DNA of 64,000 nt. Origin: Trichoplax adhaerens (Eukaryota > Animalia > Placozoa). The notes under the pieces were generated by a model that saw nothing but the letters and a program-made list of their open reading frames with translations, ran no database searches and had not been told where the DNA came from. Where the stretch lies: NCBI RefSeq assembly GCF_000150275.1, contig NW_002060947.1, positions 6,773,648 to 6,837,647 on the forward strand. Reading direction: 5' to 3'. Position numbers and translations under genes: made by a program. Shown here piece after piece: positions 37,301-49,700 of this stretch. Numbering within the stretch: position 1 is the stretch's first letter; each line of letters begins with the position of its first letter.

Positions 37301-39373
37301 TTTATGAAGGAAATTACAGCTTATACGAATATACTAGAAATTGGAATCGAATTAATGGCTCTACTATATTGCCTTCCATTTCAACAACAAACTACAATTC
37401 TTAAAGTACAAATAGGAGCCATGATTGTTTTTCTCTCCTTTATAAATTTTTTAATGCAGCTAAAAAGGTAAGAAACAAATAGAGTGTTGCTTAAATCTAG
37501 ACAATCTTGATTGTCGCTACCAGCTAACCCGTAAGTATTGTATATTAAGAAACGGGAAAATAAAGAACTTGTGATCGTAAAGTCTGATACTCAACATAAT
37601 CATTAAGCATGAAAAGCTGTGATCTCCTATCCTTCATTACCTTACGTTAAGAAAAGCATAGATAGATAAATTAAGATCAATTATCTCATCAGCTGTTACC
37701 GTATGCGGTCTATCTTATGTCGAATTTACCGTGCCTAATAAATCCTTGTATCTAACTCAGGAGTACTTTACTTAACTGATTAGCAATATCATCCTGGAAT
37801 TAATAGATCAGTGTTGAAATTAATATCATAGGGAACGTTATACTTAGTCCACAATGTCTGCAAATTAATAGCTTTAATAAACAATTGCATTCATTCAGTA
37901 GAGATAATAAATACCAGTATCTAATTTAGAATTAGTTGAATTAGCTGATTAGCTAAATCCTGCTGGAATTATTAGACCAGCGTTTAAATAGATAGCATAG
38001 TAAATGCTAGAGCTAGTCTACCATGTCCGCAAGTTGATAGCTTAAATAGCTGATTTCATTCAATCAGTCGAAACTTTTAATTATTAAATTCTTTAATTCA
38101 AGAATATACTATATTTTAAACTATTATGATATGTATTTTAATTATTTTGCAAAGTTAGCTTTTTATAAATACGCGTATTTTCGTAGCAATCAAAAGAGAA
38201 CTTGACGTATTTGTGCCTATATCAATATACTTTAGAGCCTTCGGCGTCGGATTATATTTGACCATGTTTCTCACCATCATGAAGACAATTATAAGAGCTT
38301 CACTAGTTATTATTCTATTTTTGATTGCCTTTGCTATCGCTTGCAATATGGTTTTAAGACAATTGGTAAGTAGTAGAAAGTTTTCATGTATTACAAATTA
38401 TATTTTCTATTAAAATTAATTCACGCTTACAGCCAGAGTTCAGCGAATTAGGGTACGCCTTTATACGTGTTCTAACGATGATGGTTGGAGATATCAGTTA
38501 CCGCGAAATATTTCAGCATTTATACGACACAAATCAACTACAGAACTCTGGTTTAGCTTTGATCATTATTGTCCTCTTTGTTGTAATTATTAACATTGCT
38601 TTTGCTAATTTATTGGTAAGCTGATGTTTAACCATATTCTATTATTTTTTATTACCAGTATTTTTAATTCTGTTAACCTAACAACTATGTATAATTGTTA
38701 AGGTTGGCTTGGCTGTAGGAGACATAAATGAAGTCAGATCAAATGCTGATATTAGTTTAATTCAGATGGATCTCTCCTACATAAGCAGTATCGGAACATG
38801 TCATATGCCGAAATGGCTACAAAAATATGCATATCAATCAGCATTAGTGCTACGAAATCATCACAAAATGAAGCTAAGAGAAAAGGTTCACGATACTAAC
38901 CCAAACTATTTCACATATCTAGTTTTTTTAAGTAAAAGCCATGATAATTTTAATGATACTTAAAGTACGATCTTTTAAAATATTTTCGTAGCATGTATGG
39001 AATAAGTTAACTGAAGATGTTAGGCTGCAGGCGCCTACAGAGAATGCTATGGAAAGATACAATGGTATCAATATAATTCGAGAAATGAGACAGCAGGACT
39101 TAAAGTAAGCAAAATAATACTATAAGACGTATAGGCATTATAAAGAAGAGCTATATCCTACAGTGTCTATCAAATGCACTAGAATACTTTTATAAAACAT
39201 TAATATATATCAAACAGTCATAACTGCTTATTGATTAGATATTTTATTACGATTACAGTATCAAGGATCTCGCAGATAAATTTACTGACTTCCGATCAGA
39301 TGTTTTTGAACGATTATTTGTGATGCAAAATATGCTAAAAAAATTAAGTAATGAAGATACAGTATTAATTTGA
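28336..39373 (+). CDS. TRPA1: TRPA1-like channel, tandem copy 3 (complete, 25 exons)
   Basis: Exon 1 is 28336-28614 and exon 2 starts at 31840. Intron positions and phases match copy 2. Pore TMMVGDISYRE at ~38475-38510. Ends ...EDTVLI* (TGA 39371-39373). Confidence 0.92.
30444..30726. mobile_element. LTR-like element (283 bp), intron 1 of copy 3
   Basis: TGTAGT...ACTACA terminal inverted repeat; begins where homology to the paralogous introns ends; no TSD of its own. Confidence 0.5.
31103..31670 (-). mobile_element. Family A LTR (568 bp) with an adjacent primer-binding site
   Basis: Full-length homology to 52022-52557. On the minus strand the LTR end ..ATCACA is followed by TT then TGGCGCTCCGAG (31100-31089), a PBS-like motif. 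Confidence 0.85.
33270..33765 (+). repeat. Four degenerate tandem copies of a ~120-140-bp intron segment (intron 7, copy 3)
   Basis: The GGCA(A/C)AATT..GATT.CAGT.AT anchor recurs at ~33348, 33469, 33592 and 33735; the paralogous introns have a single unit. Confidence 0.85.
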
Positions 39374-40399
39374 ACTACGTGTACTTACAAGCTTAATTAT
39401 TGTCTGCTTGCCGATAAGTGACTGCTTTGCTATTATTTAATACATTCACGTATTCCTTAAATATAAGTTGATTACACGTATATATTCAAGCAGGAAATCC
39501 TTATTTATTTATTTAATACAATCACGTCTCATAATATCGCTTATCATTGTAAAAAACTGGTATTCTGCAATTTAAAACTTATCAAGTTATTAATTTGATG
39601 CTGTATGGCAGTAAATTTCTCTAGTTATATTTATCATTCCTGCCTGCTATGCTTCGAACCTTATTCTTCGAACCTTAAGTTAATCCTATAAATAGTTGCG
39701 CGATTAAACTCAGTAATAATTGCACCTTATCGAGATCGCATGATCAAAATCTTAGCCTAACAGGATGAGTCCAGCTTGTTCACTCGTATACAGTACTAAA
39801 ACTGAGTTAAAATTTTGCAATTCTGGTAGTGGTGAAACTTACAATATTTCGGTATATTAAATTCTTAGCATAAACTAGCTTCCATTATAGTGTAGCATAC
39901 CTCTATGTAAACATGACTTGTATTTAATCGATTATTTTAAAATAATCTGTTAATGCTACGTTTTGATTGTTGCATAGAATTAAACTATTCTAATCAGTCT
40001 TCTTCGTTCATAAGTAACTATTTTACTGTGCTTTTTAACCGTTGCATTACTGGTAAGTAAGCGATATCTTTATCTTCTATTCAGCTAATTTTGCTCTCGT
40101 TACACCACAAAGCTGCACACTTAATTTATTCAATCTTACTGTAGCCATTCGACTATATTTTATCGTTCTCATTTGTAACAAAACCTGTTCTACTAACTTT
40201 AAGTAGAGTACAGATCACGTAAGTAATTTTATAATAGCAGATTTTATTACTGATTCTCTACCGATTGAGATACTGCATAATAGTACAACAAGCTCGGATA
40301 GACAAGGAATACTTCTTACAATAGTAGATCTTGGAAAAGAAGAACTAAGAACAATAATAACAAGAAAGTACAGCTGCTTAAATACGTTATCTAACATGC

Positions 40400-41002
40400 T
40401 GTGACGGAGTACATACTCCTTAAATTAATCGTAGCGTTTGTTTCAGTAATTAAGATTTTATTAGTTGTTAATAACCTTTATTTTTTAAATACTCGTTAAT
40501 TGTAATTTTATAGTAAACTAATCATACTTTTTGTAGACTCTGTACAGAATAGTGTACTTACAGAGGTGACAACTAATATTCACAGATAGTAATTTCTGTT
40601 ACTTTGTGCCGAGCCTTTGATTGTTAATTGGCTCTTAATTAATTAGTTCGTAACTCATTGGTCTTGTTTACGTCGTCTGCCATACTGAACCATATAGACA
40701 GCCGGCTATATAAACCTATATATTTTAAGGGTTATTGACCTAAGCTGTGCACCAAGAGTATCCGAGCTAGGGTATATAAAGCCTGGTGCACTCATTAGCT
40801 AGTTAGTTGACGATTGACCGTGTAATATACGCGTATAGTTAGAGTAGTTTTGGATGTCAAGACTACCTTGGTTTAATAAACTAATTTAAAAGCCTAAGTC
40901 TAGTCTACTCTTAGCCCGTTGGGGGCACATTTGGCTGTTATAGCCTTAGTAATTATACAGATTTAAAGACCCAGATTTCCTTGTCGTGAGCTGAACACGA
41001 CA
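40400..41002 (+). mobile_element. Solo LTR (603 bp), copy 3-4 spacer
   Basis: TGTGAC...ACGACA; exact TSD CATGC at 40395-40399 and 41003-41007; TATATAAA at 40773; AATAAA ~40875. Confidence 0.92.
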
Positions 41003-41714
41003 CATGCTTACAACATATCGATTGCGAAAAACATCTTACAGAACTTAGTATGAGAATATAATTTTATGATTAGTATTATATTCTACGAAGTTGAAATCAA
41101 CATACTTGAATTATCACATACATTGCTTATATATCCCTATTACTGTCAACGGCTCTAGATTTTCGTATTATTTCTTAGTTATATCTAATTTACTTCTACA
41201 TAACATGCTGATAAAAACGGCCTATCTAATAAGTTCACTACACATGCCACAAACTTAAAAGGCTTTCCTTAGCGCTGACTAGATGAAGACTATTAATTCG
41301 GTATACTGTTCTAGCCAGAATAATTCTTCGCTGTAACAATAATCCTACAATCACTAGAAATATCACAGTCCCATTACATATTGCTGGTAAATATCATAGC
41401 ATGAAGCCACTAAAGTTTCAATTTCAGTAGAAACTGATATCAATCTTGAACTAGAGACAAAGAAACTCCATGACTTTACTATGATGTGTAAATAAAACAC
41501 CTTTACAGCTTAATATTAGCTATAGAAACATCAACCAATATTAGTTGTCTTCAATTTAATGTGGCTGTCACAATCATCAAAATAACTTAGATATGGAAGT
41601 GTAGTTTACGATAACATTTTGTTTCGATCTTATTAGAAGTATGAGCTACTACTTTAGGAATTTTATTGTTAGTAATAACCTAAGTTATTATGATATTATG
41701 ATGATATAGTAATA

Positions 41715-42120
41715 TGTTACAAGTACGCATCGAGAACATAGGAGCATGACAGAGCTTACAGTCGAAGTAGATCTACGTATGAAATTGTTTATTACCTCGA
41801 ATGTCCGTATTTGATAATTCAATCGTAAAAGCATGTTTGTTATTGAAATATGTTAATAGCATAGTAAATATGTTTATAACTACTGCAAGAGTATATAAGA
41901 ACTGTGATCAATAAAAAATGATCCAAGTTAAGGCTAACTTGTGAGATAGCTTTATATCGTATATTTTTTTGAGCGAGTTAGTACGTCGCAAGGATTCCAG
42001 CTACAATACCGTTGGCTAAGAAAGTAGTTCTGCGGATTAAAATAAAGTTTATTATAAGTATTGTGTTGTTTTCTTGTGTCGCAAGAGTAGTTGTGGCAGT
42101 AGCTGATGATGATGACGACT
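41715..42120 (+). mobile_element. Degenerate solo LTR (~406 bp)
   Basis: Starts TGTTAC; TATATAA ~41892; AATAAA ~42041; flanks TAATA/TAATG (4/5); second copy at 7735-8111. Confidence 0.6.
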
Positions 42121-43702
42121 TAATGCTCGAAGTGAAATTTTAATAGTTACCATACTGCTGAAAATACTAATCTAATTGATTATCAAGTGTCAGATGATAT
42201 TATAGAAGCGAGAAGATAAAACGTACTGAATAGAATTATACAAAATCACATTGTAAACCCTACAACGCAACACATCTAGTTGGTTAGTTAAGTAAGCATG
42301 AAATAGGGCTCTAATAAGAAAGAAATCCCTTCATTTTATTTTCTTCCAACTTCTAAATCCAAATTTCCCGCTTCTATCGCCAATCTTTCTGAAATCGAGA
42401 AAAAATACAAAAAACGATACCGTCTTGCTCGTCTCATTTTATCATTTACAGATAAGGAGACTACAAATATTATATGCTTGATGAATAGTAATTTCAGCAA
42501 CATCATGTTAGGAATAATTTATATACGATATATCAAACTGTGAATAATGATTTAGTGTCATTATAGTACACTGATGTCGTGAAGCTAAAAAAATTTTTTT
42601 CTGAGGACTAAATTTTGAAGTAACACTACTGGCAGTAGCTGATTCTTTAGAATGCAGTTGGACATTACTTTAAGTAATGTATACAAATCTAAATTCATGT
42701 CGAGGAAAAATAGAACTATTACGGAAACTACACATTGTAAATCTACTTTCCGATTTGCCCTCCCTGACATTTACCTATGCTATGACTCTAAATAGAATAT
42801 CATCTGGAGGAACAATTAAACACTGCCAGTCTCTCGTAGGCATAACTGAGCCCAAGTTTTATGGAAAAGCGAGTCAATTTATAGAAAATCTATATAAAAA
42901 TTAATTATAATTAGCAGCTCATAGATAGCCTTGTACAAGTATACTGTACAGTTTATCTATTAAAATTATGTAAAGAGATATATATAGACAAATTAACATA
43001 AACATATTTCTAGATAAGTTATCTTATGGGATCTATGTGACGACGGCCTTGCAAAAGTTACTCCACAATAATGATATATTCCTAGGTGACCATATTTCAA
43101 CTTTATTGTTTTAGCTAAGTAAAGCTGCAGCCGACCATGTCCCAAAAGCTGATGGTAGACTTAATTAGCATTGTTGAAATTTCATAGCTTCTGTTATAGT
43201 TCGTTACTTCCAGATATTTCATAAGTTGTCTTTTAAATGAAAGCTGCATTTCTTAATTCTATCGATGGCAACATAAAGTATAGTAGCCTTGGAAGATTCA
43301 ATTAGCGATATATATAAATTAATTAATAATTTACTAGCACAATAGCTATAACGCGCTACTTATCGTTGTTACATTATAATCCATTTATGAAATCAATCTG
43401 GAGGTTCTTTGTTTCTATAGATGATGCTATTAAGTAATATTGGAAAGCTTAATTTTCGACATTTTCATTACTACCTTAGCTATAGATTAATAAATAATTG
43501 GTAACTAGAATGAAACCTGATCTAATCAGACACTATTCGATCTATGCCAGTTAAAAAACTAGGAAGCTGAAAAAATATTCCCACTTTCGAAATTCAAGTT
43601 TGCCTAAAATTAAGTTTCAATCAATTATTATTAACTTTATAACACTCTTAGAAACCAAAATTGGTGCAATAGCTCACATTATAGATAAAGAAAAGATTGA
43701 TT

Positions 43703-46700
43703 ATGAAAAAAAGATCGAGGATACATGCTCTTTATCGTAAGAATGATGACCACCCGAATGTCCATGGCGTCCGATTTTGGGATAAGTGGAAATTTCCTAG
43801 TTGGGGATCAAAGGAAAATATAAATCGCTCTTCAACTATCGAAAATGGTATCGACGGTATGTTTATTAACGCAAAAGAACAGCTGAAGAGGCCGAAATCA
43901 GTAACTGACTATACAGTTAATAATTCATTAGTTAGTCTTGGTTTTGCTGTAGCGAATACTAAGACATGGGATCTTTATCAGGTGAGAAATACTTCTAGGT
44001 AATATATTTATCGATTTTAATTTGTCAAATGAAGGACTGATGATGGAAAATTAGGATAGTAACATACCTGCTGTTAAGTGCAATCAGCAATTGCGTAGAG
44101 CGAATACCTACAGTATTATTTAAACATACCGTATCTAAGGTTGCTAGCCATTAGATGTGAAAATTATCTAACGTCATAAATTTTTTTTTGTAATCGCACT
44201 GTAGTTTGTTAAAAATGTAATCAGCCAGAAACAATGATTGCTAAGTAAAAAAGAATGAAAGTATCGCTAAATTCAAAACTGTCTTGTTCAATATCTTATT
44301 TTTGAAATATCTTTGACTGTATGAATAGTAATGCAGAGCTATAGATATTATCTCAATTAAATGGGTGCAATATCTAATAATTTTGATATAATAAGGCCTA
44401 AACATTCCTACTTCTACCCTCCCCCCATTTCCATTTATTAATATATGGGTAATGCCTAATAAGTAGCTCGGAAATAATCGAAATAATTTTAATTCCAAAT
44501 ATTTTACCGTATTCATGATTTTGTATAAGCTAAATTTTGTCTGATCGTGATTCTAATCCTGCAATCACACAACCGACTTTTCAATATTAAAATTTTTCAA
44601 TGAAATATTAAAACTGACACCAATACATTGATACCTACAGTTCACTTGTGTTGCAAGTTTATAGCAATGTTTAATAAATGTCATAAAAGTCCTTTAGTAA
44701 ACGAATAGATTGACAGCTATAGATTAGAGTTAAACTTTAATCTTCTTGCTATAGTTAACTCTACGTATACGACATCTTTGCGGATACAATAAGTACTTCT
44801 TGAATCATTTATTTGATCAAGAATATCGCATGTGTTACTACCTACATTAATTCTCGGGACGATTAATATTTGTTGGGCACATGGAAATAGTAAGATACAT
44901 CGCTAATAATCGAAGAAATGCAAATTCTTTCTACATAATATAAGAAACGGCAATCATTGGTACGCAAATGATATTGGCAGCTTTAACACATTCGTTATAA
45001 CTAGGGAAATTTAACTGGGGTAAGCTATCAGTATTTAACAAGGAAAAGTCCTATATTAAAGGATATGAATTTATTATAAATATTAATTTGCTATTAAGAT
45101 GAATGTTTACGTAGTATAGAATGCTGTATAAGATTCTTAGTGCAGCACTATAACCCCGGACTTATCCCAAATATCGCCGGTAGATTTCTGCTACTTGATC
45201 AATCTTTTAATACTCCTTGATAATTTTAAAATGAAGACATTCGATCTAAACTCAGTACGATAATTGATAGCGACGAACAGAATTGATCAATCTTTTAATT
45301 TTCCTTGACATTATTAAAATGAAGATATTCGATCTCAAGCATGGTAGGATAATTAATAATACGCCTCGATTATTACGTGAAATTGATTCGAACTTATTTG
45401 CCTTCTATATCACATTGCTACTCGATTAAAATCTGATTACTGCAAACGGTGTAACTCAGTTCCTAGTAAATCTAGATAGCAACTTAGTAAATGTCTTCCC
45501 ATAAGTTTTTGTCAACACTGTAGTAAAGATAAAGTGTCCTTGAGAAACTTGACTAAAACTTCAATTCGTGATTATCGTTACCTTAGAACTTAATTTCGAC
45601 TTATTAACAGCAATCCAAGCTAAAACATAAGAGAATTTTCACCATTTTAATATATAGACTTCAATGTTAAATTTATTATGACACTGTATTAATCTAATCA
45701 TTTCTACAAAAAATAAATCGATTAAAAAGGACGTCAATAAAAGGAATATGCGGCCTCTGATTATAACTAATAGCCCTATCTCATTTGTTAATTTATTTAT
45801 TTTGATCTCCAATTTAATATTGCAATAGTTATTCGAAGGGAGTTCATATGTAGTATGATTCGAATTATTTTGAAATAATTGATCGCTATTTGCATTAGTC
45901 TAAATATTGGTAATGACCGAGTTTTAGCTACCTAATGAACTGCTTAACAATGACTGTATAAGTATCTTTCCGTAGCACTCTCCTTTTAGCCGTGATGATA
46001 TTACGAAAAAATTTGCTTTTACTTTACATATTTCGATACTAATTCGGAAGGGTACATGGTTTTTTCTTTCCACTCTCCATTTAGTCTTGATAATTATTAC
46101 AAAAATCCGCTTTTATTTTAAATATAAAGATTAATGAAATTCAATTAAGCATATTGATTATAGGATCATAATTAACATTAATAATTCATTCAATTAAAGA
46201 TTCCGTTATCGTATTAACTTACATAACAACTTTTTTTCATCTATAATTTAAGTTCAAGCACTTCGTTAAGATTTACGATATTTCTGTAGTAAAGCTGCCC
46301 ATATTTGATTATAAAGATAACCATATTTGATTGTGTTGATAGCTGTACCTGATGTAGTTAGATCTTCAAGAATAGACACGTATTACTGTGATGTTAATAT
46401 TAGATGTTTGCTAACTATTATATTAGAAATTGTTAATTAATTACTAATATTAGCCAGTTAAACAATTACGGTATAAGATTTTATGAAACTTGATAAACTG
46501 TATTCGTGATGATTTACATGAAGAAAAAGTACGGTATTTTATTTGGTGACTCAATTCTGATTGTAGTTAATTATGTAGCGGCGAAAGGATTTTCGAAATT
46601 TGTTTAAGAGCTGCAGAGATAAGCTTGGATAAGACTTCACTTCACTTCATTTTGAGCTCGGAGTAGTTAGACTAAATTTAAGCTAGTAATTAATTATTTC

Positions 46701-49700
46701 TCTATTATTCTTAAACTTTGCAGTAAAAGCCTTTCTAAAATTCTCTCTTGATAAAAATAATTATTTTGAGAGACATTTTACTGTATACTATTCCTTAAGT
46801 GAGTTACAATTCATAAAGTTTTAGATATAGTTATTTATTCTTGATCATGTTGTAATTTTGAACGTATTGAATTATCGTGATCATATCTAGGTGCGAAACT
46901 ATAACCATTGTATGGTAGCCCCTTACCTTTACATTAGAGTTTTGAGTATAAGAGCAGCACTAAGGAACTGTTACTCAGTTTTAGGATAGTTCGCCTCGAA
47001 TAAGATACACTGCTAGCTTTTCATTCTGCAAGTCTAAATTATTAATAAAGAACATTCCTAAACTAACTACATTTGAGTATCAGTAATTATCAACAAGCAA
47101 GGAATCGTGACTAGAGCGCCTCTAGCTAAACGGCTACAAAGCGAATCCCTGCAGGTTGCAACACATCACTTGGCAAGATCTACGCATCAAGATAGACTTT
47201 AGATATTCCGACTAGCTACGACTTGATGAGTAGAAATAGCTTACAGTTTTATCTATCATTCATATGATAAAAATTCTATAAAACTAAAGGGCTAAACATA
47301 AAGGCATTGGTCTTAAAGCAGTTATAAAAATCTGATTTATCTTTTTAATAAAAGCACAAATCTTTGGTATATGCTACACTCTAGAGTTCAATCCAATTGG
47401 GAACAATCAAGTATGTCTTAAAATCCTCGGTATTAACGAGTGCTTTGTCAGTCATAAAATAACTTTACTTTAGGATAGAGTTTGTAAAATTCTCAATAAA
47501 GGATTAAAAAGGGTTCAAACCATATTAGACAAGCTACTGTGCAATCAACAGCATATATATGTCGTTTACCGTATAGATAACCGGTCATTTTGCAAAATGG
47601 TCATTGTGATATTAAATTATTGCTGTGATGAATTATAAAAGTTATGCATTTGCTATACTAATTTATATTATATCATCGAAATCAACAGGCTATCAAAAAA
47701 GGCTCACTGGAAGAAATACGGAATCTAGTTACTCTTAACTATTATCATGATAAAATCAACTCACTCGATAAAGAGAATTTATTTACATTTATGCATTATG
47801 CTGCAAGATATAATCGATCCGATGTTATTGGTTGCTTGATCGATTTTGGTGCAGGTAATTTGCCATAATGGAAGGCATATATTATTGTAATAGGAAAAAA
47901 TTTATTTTAAATAGCTAACTTATTAATATTTTTATATCTTTATTTAATCATGTGTGGTTAACTTTATATCATTTCGCAAAAATTATTGATTATTTAGATG
48001 TTAACAGTATGGGCGGCAAAGATAGTATTGCGCCTCTCCATGTTGCTGCCCAGCATAATTGTACGGAGGCAGCTCAAAGTCTAATTCGGTTTGGTGCAAC
48101 AGTTCATGTTAATTCTAAAACGAAAAATAGTCCTTTGCATTATTGCTGTAAATACGGAAGTGATGGAGTTGCGGAGGTATTACCATATCATAATCTTAAA
48201 TACGGTACTTTATTTAATTGCAGTTACTAGATCACAAATCTACACAAGGTATTATTTCGCATATTTAGACTACAGTTAAATCGCTATTGAGGCAATATAT
48301 AACTCTTCTTATCCTATTGTAAATACATTGAATATAGTTTATTTGAAATTTGTATCTTAACCAGATAATTTTAAAAGAAACTGAAAGACTGAATATTACT
48401 GGAAAGATTATTAATCATCCTGATAACGAATCTTACTATCCTATCCACTTTGCAGCTTTATATAATAATAAGGCGATGATTGATATTTTAGTAAGCCAGA
48501 TATTGATTTAGCAAAAGATTTGTATTTAAATACAGGCAGTGCTATCTTAAAATTGGTAACTATTTCTAAATTTCTCGATACTTTTTACATCCTATTCATT
48601 ATTTAGCTAAAGTTTGGGGCTAGTATAGTAAAAAAGAACGTTAACGGTCGATTACCCTCTCATTTTGCTGCTGAACATAAAGATACAGCTGTTCTGGAGG
48701 ATCTCCTGCAATGCGGTACATGGAATTTATTCATACGTGTTATGAGAAATATTCTACTAAATTTCCGCTATGAATGATATACGATTCAAATAACTTTTCA
48801 AACTATTTATTTGTAGCCAAAGTTAAAGGACTTAACGATTATATAATAATATCTAATAACGAGGGAGGTACGGCTCTTCATATAGCAGCCGATGTCGGTT
48901 CCATTATAGTAAGTATATAGTATACTCTTGTTTATTGATTTTTAATGCAATTTGAATATACTACTGCAATATAAATTTAATCTAACTAAAAGTGCTGTGA
49001 CTCAGTTTGATCTTTACGAAATTACGGAAGCGTGCGGAATTTCTGCTGAGCCAACAACAACAAATAAATTTCCTTTCTTTTCTATCGGTGGTTGAAATCG
49101 ACCTTTATTAACTACAACTAACCAACTTACTAACTCACACTCGAACCCACTCCCCAAGATAGTAAAAGCGCCTCATTTATATACTCTAACATTGGCATGA
49201 ATATGCATAACTTCTCTAACATTGCGATAACATTCTTGAGATATCATTTTTCAGTATAACACAACTGACTAATAAACATACTTGTACCGTACTGTCTGTC
49301 CGTACAACATTAATTTATCATTTACCGGTACAGCAATACAAGATAACGGTAACAACTATGCATAGTTAAGGATATTAATCCTTAAGAACAATATTATCTA
49401 GCGATGCTAGTCTAGCAGTCGCGACAAAAAGTACTGCATTATTATTAATCGACATACTGTACATTTAATCGATTAGGCAGCAGAAATATGCTTGAAGTAC
49501 GGTGCGGAAATCGAAGCTCAAACCGTAAATTAAATTATAATTTTACGTAATTATTCCTTTACACTAGTCAAAAATTTTAATATTATTTTATACTACATAC
49601 ATCTTCATAAGATAGTATCGTATGGCTAATTATCGCATACAATTGATTGATAAGGCCAAATTTTGATTGTAGTGATAAAATTTATTTCATATTTACTTAT

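Larger units (their letters stand above)
40240..42460 (+). pseudogene. Probable decayed ankyrin/TRP-like coding relics in the copy 3-4 spacer
   Basis: VPLHIAGKYH..ETDINL (~41367-41447) and NKTPLQL (~41491) are ankyrin-like. DDIIEARR*NVLNRIIQ (~42193) resembles the TRP-like helix. GSNKKEI...SKFPASIANLSEIEKKY (~42307-42410) differs from its duplicate at ~57410-57510 mostly at synonymous sites in the SKFPASIANLSEI core. Confidence 0.45.
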
